Origin: Tubiluchus corallicola | Lineage: Eukaryota; Animalia; Priapulida | Assembly: GCA_030141605.1 (NCBI GenBank) | Contig: JAQGDQ010000019.1 | Coordinates: 372,001 to 436,000 of the forward strand | DNA length: 64,000 nucleotides | Direction of reading: 5' to 3' | Part shown: one piece after another, positions 1 through 25,300 of the stretch | Layout of the letters: each line of letters opens with the position of its first letter | Position numbering within the stretch: the stretch's first letter is position 1 | Position numbers and translations under genes: made by a program | The notes under the pieces: model-generated | The model's input: the letters and a program-made list of their open reading frames with translations, nothing else | What the model was told of the DNA's origin: nothing | Databases searched by the model: none

Positions 1-401
1 AGGTAATTTTCAGTTGTACTACGATCGTAGCAGCTGTCGCAAATATCGCACACCCTGCAAAATTTATTAATCGCGAATTTCTGATCGAAACTGAATAAAT
101 TGGACATTGTACGCATTTTCGCTTATTGTGTAAGGGTTCTAAAAAGACTTAAGGCTTCTAAATCGTTCCCTAAACGAATTATGGCGTTTCCTTTCTAAAT
201 CAGCTGTATACCTCTTTTTTAAACTTTCGCAAACAAGCATGAAATCCTTTTCATTACTTTTTCTGAATGATTATTAAAGCAATTAACGAATCAATTTATA
301 TTCTAATCTAGATCTGACTGAGTTAATATGATGTTTCCCACCTTTCACAGTAATATAATATTTGAAATGCTGCTGAATAAACTAAATGATGCTAAACGTA
401 C

Positions 402-3316
<2,915 letters not shown>

Positions 3317-5399
3317 CTTTGCTGCAGCAAACAATATAAACTTTTTTAGAGTTATTGCTGAAGAAAAAATGCACAAACATGAGATTTTTTGTCGTGAATA
3401 AGTTGCTGCACAGGCGTGCCGCTGTGCCCTTTACATAAAGTGGGTAAGTTTACTTTTATAGATTATCCATGACACGCGCTGAGAAAATAACACCTGTGGG
3501 TCACGAAAAAAAAACCGATGCAGCTTTGTTAGGTTTAATTATAGTTTATGATTAGCAATATAAAGGCATGTATTTGAGGAGGCCTCTAAGTTACGAATGG
3601 AGAATTGGTAAAAATTAGTAAAGCGAGTTTCCCATTATCTTAAAATTGGAATAAAAAACTAAATTGCTCTGTGTAGGAAAACATATATCGGTCATTAAAT
3701 TTTCTATTTACTGTGGTCTACACTGTGTACTACACCTTCAGTACCGCGTAGTCAGCTTTTTTGTGCTGTCCCAACCCTTTTATACAAAATTTCGGCTGTA
3801 CAATATACATTATTATGACTGTAGTTGCTTAGCATTTCAGTGATTACTGATTATACTTCTTGACTGTTTGTATGAACTGTTTAGACGTTTTAACTTTTGG
3901 GGTAGAATTTTTTACGCTATTTCTCATTTTTGAACATTAAAAAGCTTCTCTGAGCTTCTAAACGACTTTTAACATGTTACTAACGCAAGTGTCAAGTTGT
4001 GATTAGACTCTGCGAATTAAGTAATCAATAATGTATAGCACCGTAACAATGGCAAAGCTTGGATGACAGAAGCAGGATACTGTTTTAGTAAGGCTTCACA
4101 CACGACACTCGGCAAATGGATTCTGCTGTCTACAGACGCATAATCGAATTGCGCAAATCCTTTCTACGTATTTTTGCGTTATCTGATAGACAAAACTGCA
4201 CTTTTGGACCGATGATGTGTAACAGGTTCGAGTTATAAGCGAAGACAGCTCTCCTTCTGCCTACGAATCACAAATGTTAATTGTGTTGTGCGTATCTTTC
4301 CCTCCCTCTCCCTCCATCTTCTCTAGCCCTGTCTGTCTTTCTCTCTCCTTTTATTTTAAATTTCTTGAACCCTGTTGTGTTTGTTTTGAAGTCGTAGGTA
4401 ATGAGTTCGAAAGTGAGCAACAAGTTTTTCTCTCTTTTGCTGTAATGGCAGACTACAGAGAAGTAATGTAACTACGCACTGTATTGAATATTTTTAAAGC
4501 CATTTTTAAGCAACTTTGAATCGTATTAAGTAAGCGGTATGTTAGAACAGATTTTTTCATATAGTATATAAGGAAACTTTGAACTAGATGGAACGCCATT
4601 TGTGCATCCTATTTCCGCATAAAGCAGTCTTGAAATTACTTAATACGTTACTTAATATTTAAATTAAATTAAATTAATTAAATGTTATTTTTCTCCAGTC
4701 TTATGCAATACACCGTATTGAACTAGTCAGGTTTTCTCATTTTTATCATGCTGTCGTAAATAATTATTTGCTGTAGCATTTTAATCTTGTGTTCTTCTTT
4801 TACATCATTTCTTGCTCTTTATAGCAGAATAAAAACGGTTTAAACAACCCAATAAACTCTAACACTTTATAATTACAGCCCCTAGGATACCAGTAAGATA
4901 TCAGAACGACGTTTAGATATATTATTTTCACAGTTGAATGCTTCTCCGAAATTAAAACCAATCAATCAAAATAGGGAAATAAAAAATTCAGAGTTATGGC
5001 ACAAATAAACGTTTGTAAGCACAGTACAAGTTAAAGCGTCTACACCACTGTATTACTTGCGTTTGTTTGCATTCTGCAATACAGTCACGATTCTTCCAGG
5101 TAATTCCTTGTCTGCCTTGTTTATCTAGTTATTACGGTCAGGGTAACAAAGCAAATAAGTAATTGACCAAAGGGGTGTCAAAGTTTTCTTGATTGATTCC
5201 TATGTAATTTTTCCCGCAGACTGGACCATTTCGTACATTGCATATTTAATGAGCTAATTTACATATTTTGATTAATTATTTGTCCAAATTCTGTGGTCAG
5301 TTACATAAGATTAATGTGTTTAGTTACCATGCCCCTATATTTATTAGATATTCGATTACTTGTGCATTCACTTCGTGTAACTGTATCTATAGAACTTTG

Positions 5400-5973
5400 C
5401 ATGAAAATTTTCATATACGTATGATAAAAATAACGTGCAAATACTGCTTCCAACGCAGTTTCCAGTGTTCTGAGAGTGTTTGTGAAATCGACTTAAGTCA
5501 GAGTTTTTTAAATTTTATTCTATGTAGCTCCCTCGATAATTATATAATGAAATCAACTCTAAGGCTATCTGGTGTCTTAAATAAGTATTAAGCTGATTAC
5601 CATATTTTGACGAATGGCATATGCATCTTGTATCCGTAATTGGGTAATTTGCATATTAAAGTATTTTGCAGTTTGGATAGCCATATTCCCAAAAGGAAAC
5701 ACTTTGAGAGTTGATCACACTCGACACACAAAGAAATAGTTTTGTGAGCATTCTGGCTTTTGTTAATGGATATTTCATTCATGAAATCTTTAAAACCGGA
5801 TAACAATATGAAACTGTCTTGTTCGGTGCAGCGTTCGCTGTTGATGAGGTAAAGTTTACATCGCTGAACTCTGCGGATTCCCTCAGTGATTGCTTGAACT
5901 TAAAAAAGCAAATTATGTTCTTCATCTTGGAATTGGCCGCAGGTACATAATCGGACCTATCATCCTGTTTCAT
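5400..5973 (-). mobile_element. Possible highly decayed hAT-like transposase fragment
   Basis: Frameshifted minus-strand reading KLPN..RCICHS..PDS..IS/LYNY..; CICH at 5625-5614 resembles the hAT CxxH motif. No TIR or TSD identified. Confidence 0.3.
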
Positions 5974-6986
5974 GTTTTAATCGGCGTGCCCCAAACGCGT
6001 TCTAAATGCAGCTACGCGTTGATATTCGGGTATATATACGTACGAATTATGAATACCTTGAATGTTAAAAGAAGAACTCATCGTAAAGTAAGCTTTACGT
6101 CACCATGTATATCCAATAAACGTACTGCGTATTATATATTGTATTGTTTTGCATATAAATACGTTCTACGCGGGTTTCAGGCAGTCTCTCAATATAGAGA
6201 ATGTGCGCAATGTGCGTTCAAAAGAAGCCTACCATAATGAAAATGTGTAAACAAAAATCAATTACTGTCTGCGATGCTCCCCATTAAAATAAAATGAAAA
6301 CCAAAGTGAACAAAAGGAATAAATAAAAGAGTATAGTTACAGGTGCTGCATCATTACTTGCTTAATATTGGCTGAATCCTGCCGTGCATGCGTAACTGTT
6401 GTTTCTTGAGGCAAGGATATTTTAACTTTACACAGTGTCATACAATTGCATGAGCATAAATAAAAAAATGGTCAATTTTTAAATCACTTAATTCGGCAAT
6501 AATTTATTAACTTGTTTGCACTAGATAACAACAAATTTCAAATGGAATTTAAAGTCTGAAGAGCACTTATGAGACTTTAATATCAATATTTGCAAATTCA
6601 GTGCAACAGATGTCTGACAGGCCGCAACCAATAACATCACTAACAATTAGTTGACTTCTATTGTAATCTCAAATGGCAACTTTTCATTTTTTGTTCCACC
6701 AAATTAACTTTAATTTGCAATGTCTGCAATGTAAATTTTTTTGATCGCTCGGAAAACCGCGCATTAAGCATCTAAATCAGCTCCGCACACGTTATGCACT
6801 TCACTATTAAACAGGTCAACAACTTAATTGACATGGTATACTAGATTTACTTAATTGGTTCAATTAGTTTTCTCAGTTTAAACTAAAATTGCTTTAAACC
6901 ACAGCTAAGTGACATCAGCTTGTTACTTCAAGTTTGAAAGACCTAAATATCCATCAATTGCTAAAACAAAGAACAGAACAGAAGTC

Positions 6987-15131
<8,145 letters not shown>

Positions 15132-16489
15132 TCTAAAAAAAATGACAGGCAAGGCGCGACTGATACAGAGCGTTGTTTGCTACAAATCACGCTCTGCAAA
15201 TTTGAGCAAACTGGGTGCAAAAGTCACTTGACTTTGGGCCAGGAGACGTCATATGATCTTCGCTTGAATAAAAAAGCTTAAAAACACACATCACCATTTA
15301 TGCTCATGAACTCGCGCATATATTACATTTTTCACACACATGAATGCGCACATCCACTCTAATACACTGACTCACTCCTTCACTCTCTCACTCAGGTTAA
15401 ATTTTGCACATTGCTGCAATTACCCGAAGGTGGTTTTCAGTTATCTAGAAGACTGGAAAGTTTTCAAGTCATTACAAAGCTTCATATAGTTCGGGAGCTC
15501 GGGCAAAAGTTTGGCATCCTTGTGTTTCAGTGAATTCAATTCACAACACGTTATTCTACAATGACTCATTTAAACTAGATTTTGCTGTCGAAAGTTATAG
15601 GAGGAGGTTATCACTTTGAAAAAATATCACATAAAAGGAGACGCTATCTTATTTATAACTTTAAAACTAAAAGTATAATTGCTTTCTTTCTTGCAACAGA
15701 CAACCTGGCCAAGTTTACCCGTTCCAACAGTGATTCACGGCTAGAAATGTAATTATTGTAATCGAACCTAAGTCCTCTGTATTGAATATACTCCATTTTG
15801 TTTCAATATTGTATGCCACAGATATTCCATACAAGAGAGTAATAGTTAAAAATAGTAAACGTAAAACATCTAAAAACATTCATTTTTGACTCCTGGTCTA
15901 TATAGCCAGCTATTCGTTGAAGTACTTAAACTGCAAGCCTACTTTCCTACATACTGCTTGTAAGTCATGTGTTGACAACCACACACTTAATTTAGCCTCT
16001 CGAGTTTATTTGTCTTCAACCAACATTTCAGCCAAGTTTTTTGTACCCATATATGATAGGTTTCCTACTTGCATTCCCATACGGCTAGTATAAACTTGTT
16101 AAAGGCTATACTTGATACCATAACATTATCAGTGTAGTAATTATTGATGGAAGGGGAAATACAACATGTAAATTGCGAAGTGAGCAAAGGTCACTGCCAG
16201 TCTGTCAGAATAAAAATTCGTCGTGACATTTACATACTTATGTAAACATACGTCTGTGAGTGTGAACCAAAAAACTTTTTACACAAAAAAATAATCAGAC
16301 AAAAAACAGAAAGCGCGTGTATTCCCGCATGTTACACACCCCGTGTGCAATTGGAAACATAAGAAATATTTCCACTTTAGAAATAATAAATTCTAATAAT
16401 AACTGTGCAGGGTTATGGACCTGGGTGGAAAACAAGACTGAATAAGTTGTCGATTGTAATAGTAAAAAAACGATGCACATATTTTACAA

Positions 16490-17170
16490 GGAATGATTAT
16501 AAGAAAGAGATGCAAAATTGTTTTTAAAAACGCAGTAGAAGCAGGAGGACAAAGAAGAAGATTGTCAAAAAATATAACATGTGGAACAGGGAAGAAATAA
16601 GAGATTCTGATTAAATGATGACAGGGTGAAAAGATGTAAATATTCCTAAAAGAAAAAAATTGGTGAGGATGTATTAAACTAGGTGATACAAATAAAGTTA
16701 GTAGATTTGCAATGCAAATAAGGATTGATACATCTCCTAGAGTCAGTTACGATACAGGGAGTATTTTGCGATACTAAAACGCAGAATGGAGTAAGAAAGA
16801 CAGAAATTGACAGGATAGAAAAAAACAAAAAGAAATGTTACAAAAACTATTGCCGCAAAATGTGTCAACTAGTTATTGGTTTATGCTAATTGAAACGGGT
16901 GTATGGCAGTGATAGATTCGATGAATCGATGATAAAAGATTGATGTTATTACATAATTTAGTGAATTCAAGCAAGTTCAGAGAAGCGTGACGGAAGATGT
17001 GGAGTAAGAAATAGAGGGACGTTAGACAGAAGAAGTCTAAGACTTTACGTTAAAAGTTTAAGTGAGAAGTATGATACAATTTTACAATTTGGGCGTATAA
17101 AAACAATTAAAAAGTCAGTCTGGAAGAAATATGTTACAGAAAATATAAGTTTGCGCACATAACGAAATAC
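16490..17170 (+). mobile_element. Decayed non-LTR retrotransposon ORF2 fragment, same broad family as the copies at 33750 and 58458
   Basis: TSYWFMLIETGVW at 16868-16906 parallels PY*GILAKTNI*P in the 59400 copy. A-rich sense strand with many stops. Confidence 0.5.
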
Positions 17171-19263
17171 AAATTTAACCTACGATCACGATAAAGCTAA
17201 ACGTCACAAATGAAATGATACTCTAATCATACACATGTGATGCAATAGTTTATCTCTTTTTCAAAACAAAATAAGAGTTTTGATTTGTGGCACGGGAAAG
17301 ACTGAAAACCAGTGTGAGGAAAATATATGAGGGCTTGAACACAATACTTGCAGTTCAAAAAACCAACTTGCACAATACAATTATTTCACGATATCACGTT
17401 TACAAATTTGATTATAATAATTGATGATGACACACTCAATGATGATTGATGATAAAAATAATCTGATGATGATATAGTCAACAGCAAATACTCGTCCTAT
17501 AAAATGTGTTAGAATTCACTTAGCCTTGGTGCACATGACCATTTTTTGCAGCATGTGTTTCCTAGGAGATTCATGACATCCGAGACGTGATATTAAGTTT
17601 CAAATCGATGTGTATGCTGACTGCTACGCTCAGTGGTAGAAGTGTAAAATAAAATTATTAATTTTCAGGGTAGAAGTCAAGGTCAAGCTCATTTGCAACT
17701 ACACGTAAGGAGACTTGAATGAACATGCTGAAGACTTAACAAGACACACTTGCTAGAAACACTTTTTCTAGCACGAGACTAGTCGGTCATACACATGCAA
17801 GAAATTAGTATTTACACAAGTTATCTCACTCTATCAAAAACCTGTCAATCTGCTGTGAACTTTTTAAGATACTGAATACAAAAGAATTAAAAAATAGAAA
17901 TTTAAACAGACATAATCAGTAATTATTTCAGATTTTTATTTTATAAAAAAAATCCATTTATAACAGACAAGATTTTAATGCAAAAAATGTAGCAACTCTT
18001 TTGAGCAGAAGGCTAGGTATATTACAGTTGCAGATTATATAGGAACCTCACAGTGCACAGTCATTAAACAGATAAGTCAGTAACATATTGTTATTTACAG
18101 CAATATGTAGCTCAATTTTAGTATTTCGAACTGCCAGTTGTGCGGTTATATTATTTTTTCTGTACAAGTGGCAAAAATTCAAAGAAAACTTAGAAAAACT
18201 AAATCTAAAATATTTTAAACTGAAGTCAAAAGCTCTACTTGTTGCCCAATTAAAGTTTCTACCTGAAAAAAATCACTACCGTACATATATTGCTACCCTT
18301 TTAAGTGCAAAAAATCCTATAGTGTACAGATTCCATAACTGAATAACCTCAGTTCATACTAATGCAATATTCTGACAATCTGATTGCACCTTCATTCTAT
18401 TCCAACAAAAACTATCCCATGTAAATGAATCAGAGTTAACACATAAAGTATGCATAAATTTTGTGTCAATTTCTCCAACTCGTGTATTTTTAAGATTTTC
18501 ACTTGCACTTGTTAACCTGTAAACATATAAGCAGGTAAACATGCAAACTGTCAGGCTTAATAATATATTCAATATACACATACAAAAAAACAGCTGTACA
18601 AAACAAAGTTTTCAACTGGTAATGATTTTATGAACTATTTAATTGGTAAAAAATTTAATGACATGTCTACACCCATACAGTATGTCAGGCAGAAGCAAGA
18701 AACTATTCTTGGACTGGCCCATTTGTGTAAGGAGGACTTCATCAATCCCTAATCCAGCAACTACAAAGGTGCAATTTATCAGAAACAAGTAAATGATTCT
18801 AAAATTGTCAGCAGTAGTATTTATACAAAGTTAACACAAATGTACAGTCCACAATATAATTGCAACAAGTTTTGATGCAAAACTATAGTTTTAGTTTACA
18901 TTATTTCAATAAGAGACAATTTGCTTTGCTATTAGGCTTTCTTTTATACTGTTTGGTACACTGAAAGCCAGACTCCCACACTCAAAGGGACAGCCTACTA
19001 CTAATGCTGTATGGTTACAGAAGTTGTGTATCTTAAATCATTAGGATAAGACACTGAACCGACAGAAGTGTCCTAGCTATGATCTAAAGTGTAACCACCT
19101 TCTTTCAATGACAAAGGCAGTGTAGCAGGTGAAACCGCCCAGCATCAAGAGCAGTGTTGCTTAACTATCACAACTAAGTACATTCCAGCATCTAGTCTCT
19201 TTATGCAAATAAGTACTAAAAATGTTAAAACCTGAGGATACATTACATTTCTCTGTTTGAAGA

Positions 19264-19297
<34 letters not shown>

Positions 19298-19358
19298 TAC
19301 ACAAGAAATTGACATCATTTTGGTGGTGTGCTACTGAGGTCGTTGCTGTGTATATGCA

Positions 19359-22300
19359 CTACTTCCGACCAAAACCTCGACCGAAGCCTGCTATTATCGA
19401 CTTGGATTTTTCTGCTTCTGCCTGTTGTTGTAACAGTCGTTGCTGTTGCTCCTAATATTAATAAAGCAAATGTTAGGTGAATTTAATTGCACTGAAAAAC
19501 ACAGTCAAACTTTATTATGACACCTTCATTACATCACTAGTTTCATTCTTGTTGCCTGCAAAATTATATTGTAAAAGAAGATACACTCATATTCAACTAA
19601 GCACTAATCTGTACATATCCATGAGCTAGCCTGCCTGTAATATCCAAACTTGTTTTGAATTTGTTTTCAAATGGAGCTATTAGCATACATGGATGTAGAG
19701 ATTTAATAATTCATTTCTCTTCCACAGTCATGATAAGAATGCTATCAGTAAGCTGTGTGTATCAAATTTGCATATGAAAATTGGTTAGTTTCAGTGTAGT
19801 ACGAAAGGTCAAAGAACTATCCATCAATCCACAGCTCTGGGCTAGAGCAGTTTTTACATCTTTTCTGATAAATTGCCATGTTTAGCAAGAATTTCATCTA
19901 ATTATGATCTTAAAAAGTTCTAAACAAAAATAAGCTTACTTGTAACATTTGTTGATTTCGCTTAAATGCAGCTAGTGGGTCATCTTCATCTTTATAATGA
20001 TCTAATACTTCTCGCACATCTTCAACACCACTAATGGCTATTGCTAGTGAGAAAAATAATACTATCACACCAAGAAATACACAGCTAAGAATAAAATATT
20101 ATTACCAAAAAAGGATGCCCAATGGACAAACAAACAAAAACAAAATTAAATTCTTACGGTACATTTAACTTGAGCAATACTGAGAAATCATAAGGCATAA
20201 CTTGTGATATTTGATAACTTTGATAAGCAAATGATAAGCAAAACAAGTCTGCAATCTATGAATTGCAAAACTCATAATGCATCTTCATAACTAAACTAAA
20301 TTTATATGACTGCTGTTTAATGTTTTACAGTTACATCTAACGAAATTACAGCATTCACATTATACTGTTCAATTCAAACCTACACATTTTATTATTTCTT
20401 TATGAAATTAGTTTACCTAATTTTAATATGGGTAAGATGTTTAAACAGTTAAACAATTTAATAAAATTAATTTAATTAAGAGAGTAATTTTTAACATCAT
20501 TAGCAATTAATTTTGATATTCAGATTGGAAGTGTTTGAAATGCATGAAATCGGAACTGATGTTGAGATTAATGAATTTATAACAATAACATTATAAACAA
20601 ACAAAATTACTCAATCACTGAAAATTTCATTATATCCTCATTAGTTTTCTGAGCATCAACTTAACGAAAATCAAATGAAAGGCAAACCAGAACCAAAACC
20701 TGTAAGTTGAAAGTCAGTTTCCCTTCTTTAATTACTAGAGTTTCTTTATTGTTGTTTTCAAAATTACTCTAATGAAATTCTTGTAGTGATACAGTAGTGT
20801 TCAATAATAGTGTCATCACAATCCTAATAGAATAATTTCTAAATTCATGATGCATTTGCGTGCATCTGAAAAATGTGTATTCCTGAAATTGACTGTGAAT
20901 AAAGTTACAGCAGCCAAAATATTGCACTGACCACAGGACACCTGAGGGCTAGGTCCAATTCTGATCTGAGGAAGCTTTTTAAGAACACCCAGGCAACTAA
21001 ATTCTGCATGTGTTGTCCGTTCTGGGGACAGCTTTTTGCACAAACTATTTCCCTACACTGCTAGAAAGAGCCACTCAAGTTTGTTGGCATGGTGAAAATT
21101 ACAGTGCAAAAAATCACTATTGCAGTGAAAAGTGTGTCGCGACAATTAAGCTGAACATTATTGCAAGTATTTTATAGCGTTAATACCTAGACAGAGTGAG
21201 TTTAGTACGAGAAAACTGCCACATAGAAACTAATCAAAATATACTTTAATCTACCAAAAAAAGCAAAAATGTTTTGCCAGCTTTTACCTATAATTACATA
21301 TAACCAGTGCTATAAAATGCCAGCCTTAATCAAGCGCAGCCACTATACTGGGCCTCCATAGTGTAAACATGAATTGAACAAGGTAGAAAACTCAAGTTTG
21401 ATAAATGCGGTTTTCAGCCAATCATACGCCATGCTCAAGGTTAAAAGCAGGTAGAGAAAGCCTATCTGTGTTGAACGAGCAATCTGTACATTTTAATATC
21501 ATGCAAGTACTAGCTTCGTTTCACTAAACCTGTTTACTGAATGTAATCCTAGACCTGGGAAAAGATAAATTCTAATTTATTACTAGATAAAACCACAGTC
21601 CATGTAACAGTCCCTGAAACAGCTTTTGTTCATTTTTCCTTTGTAAGAGGAACGCAATGCAATACTGTTTATATTATTTGCCAATATCAGTGGTTTACCA
21701 TTTCCTTGTTTCATAACTTTATTGTTATTATTACTTCAAAGCTTTGCTCCCAAAAAATTCTAGTAATAAAACGTACTTCGCAAAAAAGTAGCTAAATCAA
21801 ATAAGGATCTATCGTCATCATTTCCACTCCATTTCCTGATCTGTAAAGCATTTCGGGGCTGAAGTCCTATGGCTTTTGGATTCCAGTCAACAATAATTAC
21901 TTTTGTTAAGTCACGGTTAAGGCAACTCAAATCCTACAAAAATAATACTTGTTTTATAGTAAAACATTTTACAACCCAGGGTCTTTCTAATAAAAGGCAT
22001 GAAAAATATAGCTGAACTAAATGTGAGTAAACCGAGTATACATAGAATATACGTAAATCCTATGGTACATCAAAGCGACCAGCAACTGGCAACCAGGAAC
22101 TCCAGTTCTGTTAATTACTAGATGCACCAGAATGACGGCTGCAGGCGTTTCCGTGCAACCACATAAATGTAGATTGTTAAAAAGTGGCACCAATACAATA
22201 AAACAAAAAAGAAATAATAGAACTTTGCTAACTCTCCAGTAAAAGAGCAGGTATTTTCATTTTTTAATTTATTTTCTGTCCAGTGAATCTGTAGGTTTAT

Positions 22301-25300
22301 AGAACAGTCAAAAGGTCAAAGGCAAGCTGTCAATGGTGGGATGTTAGTTTCTCTGAAGAACTGATTAATTCGAACCTACTGATTATGGACTTGAACTAAA
22401 ACTGATATTTAAACAAAATGTATTACAGGTTGAATATCTACACATGTCCAGATTAACAAGCTTACAATGTTCAGTGACTACCCTTCATACATATTTTATA
22501 ACACATAATATCCCAGTGGGAAATGCTTAATAAAAAGAAAATATCCTATCAAAGGTCATCATGTCCCTATCATTTCCCTTTTTCTAGATGTGCAAATCCA
22601 TATCATATTTTATCGTCCCATTATAATAGTATTTTTTAAGTTTGCATGTTAAATTACTGAAAAACTACAGCAACTGCTGACATGCTTTCAACATAATTCT
22701 ATATACCAACACAGAAATGCAACATAGCCTTCTGCCAAATACTTTACACACCGTTAATAAGTCCAGATACTTTTTTAGACGTTTTCTTAGATAATTTTGA
22801 AATTTTTCAAAAGGTATTTAACAGAATATTTTTAGAAAAAATCGTTTAAAATCTAAATGATTTCAGAAATATGCCATTGACTGTCAAATTTTGCGACATT
22901 TAAGTGATGATTTAACAGATATTCATTACATAATTTTATTACTACAAAAAATTCCTTTATAGCACAAGTATGTAAAAAACACATTTTCTTCTTCTAATCT
23001 TTTGACAATTAGCACCATACTACATGCACATTGACAGTAATAGCACAATGTTATAAATTTTTTGCCAACAAATAACTCTGTTCGTATTAGAAGTATGGTA
23101 TATAAATATAAGTATTTGCATCATACAACACCGAGTCACAATGAAAATTGTAAAAATTAAAAAATGAAAGCAACAGCGGGGGTACAATGTTTCAGGAATT
23201 CTTTCACGTAAAACAAATGTTTCTTGCAATAGTTATTAATAAAAAAACATGAGACGACACGTGTAAAAACTGTTACTTATGCAAAACAATTCTGCAAAGA
23301 ATAAAAATTAGTAATCTTACCTTTATATGATGTCCTTTTTCGTATCGTGTTGCATCTCTGAACAATCTATACATTATATATCCCTGAGGGTCAAGGCTGT
23401 CTATAATAGGATAAGCTGTCTGAAATGCAAATAAAATTCAAGTGAAAGTATGCCACTACATGGACTTTTAGCAAATGTTAAATACAAACTTTAACATTTT
23501 AGAAATAAATGAAATGAAATTAATTCATTTTCCAAAATTACTAGTTCCTTGCACGAGCACATTTACAATTGTATAAAACGTAAATGAATTAAAAAACTTG
23601 AGGAAACACTTTTGTCACCCATAACTTGAACATGATTCTTCAGCATTGCCAGCTGCCAGCAAGCCTAGTTAACTAAATGGAACATAGACAAACATTAGAA
23701 CTTTACGGGCAAATGACTTAAACTGAATTTATGGCGTACAGCAATACTTGGTGAAAATGCTGTAGATCTACTGTAACACGACAGCAAGCGAAGAAATGGG
23801 CTGGTCATACTGATAGGCACTGTAACATGCCAAGTTGACTTGCCAAATAATATAGAATAGAACAGCCAGCACTGGAATATAAAATCATTTTACAATGGAC
23901 GATAGCAACAATTTTAATGAATGAAAAGTGGCAGTTAAACACAACTCCCCCATGTTGGAATACTTACAAATCCTTGTTCTTGTGTAAATATAACGACTTC
24001 AAACAATGGTGGCCCCACTTGTTGCAAAAAATACTCGATACCAGGTCGCTTTTTGAAGCGCCATCCAGTACCATACTGTAACAGAAACAACAAATTTCTA
24101 AGGGTGTATTCAGATGTATTGAATGCATATTACGTTTCTAAGGTCATATTAAGAGCATAACAATAACAATGCAGCATGTCTAACTCTAACTATGTCTTAC
24201 TTCACATGCACAGAAAGATGGATGCATGACCTATATAAAACCTGAAAAAATACATACAATGCATTAGATTCGAATCAACACTTACTGAAGTTTCTAAAAC
24301 ATGTCAAATTATCACGCATTTCACTGCTTGGTAGAAGCACTATTCATCATGTTTACTTATTGAACTGCTCTCTAAGTATTTTTGGAACACAAAACTTAAT
24401 AGCCAGAACATGGACAAATTCACAAAGTTAAGACAATATAAACATAAGTTACCATTTCAGCTTTTCTCTTGTCAATAAGTTTTCAAAAACTTGTACAAGA
24501 AAATATTAAAAATATAATAAATACCGTCCAGTCTGGATGCACTAAAACACCGGTCATCTCTAACACTAGAGTATAAGGTGGCTGATAATATGGTTCAGTA
24601 AGCGGATCTGGTAATAATTTCTCTCGACTTGGCTCTTTGATCATCTAAAAACAAACAATGTATAACTGCAGTCCTCTACTTAGTTTAGAACAATGTTCTT
24701 AATAGATTCAAGCTGCCAAGCTCTTTAAACAAAATATTGTAAACAAAACAAATGACTTACTTTTTCATAGAATTTTACTTCACTCCAAGCCCTTAATACA
24801 TACTGAGTCACAGGAGGCACTGGAAAAAACAAAAATTTAGCTGCAAATTCTGTCACAAAGCATTCTTTCAAAATTTCAACAATATTTTGCAAATGAGATT
24901 CTCCAAGGCAAAGATCTCAAAACAAGATTTATTCTACAGTGTTTATTTAAAGTTTGCTGAATTATTAACTTTTCAGTTTCAAATTCAGGGTATGTAATGA
25001 CTGAATTTGCATCACAAAAAAATAACGAATTTATTAAGATTGTTATTTAGTTTTTTTAAATGGTTGTTAATGTGATTCAAATGATGCAAGAACTTAGATA
25101 CAAAAATGATGGTGTGTTTTTATCTAATGCTTGCACTGAACAAGTAATAAATGCTTCGTGGGCAGATTTTTCTAATTTATTCTTTTTTATTAAACGGTCA
25201 AAAGATATAGTAGTAACAGTAAACTTAGATCAATTATGAAATGCCAGCTCAACTAGATGACCTGGAAAAATTTATTCATGTTCTTATAATTGGTTGACAT

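Noticed and set aside
19040-19150. Faint resemblance to a Deu/Meta-type SINE core in the TIMM50 3' region
   Set aside because: Similarity is too weak to support without an alignment search.
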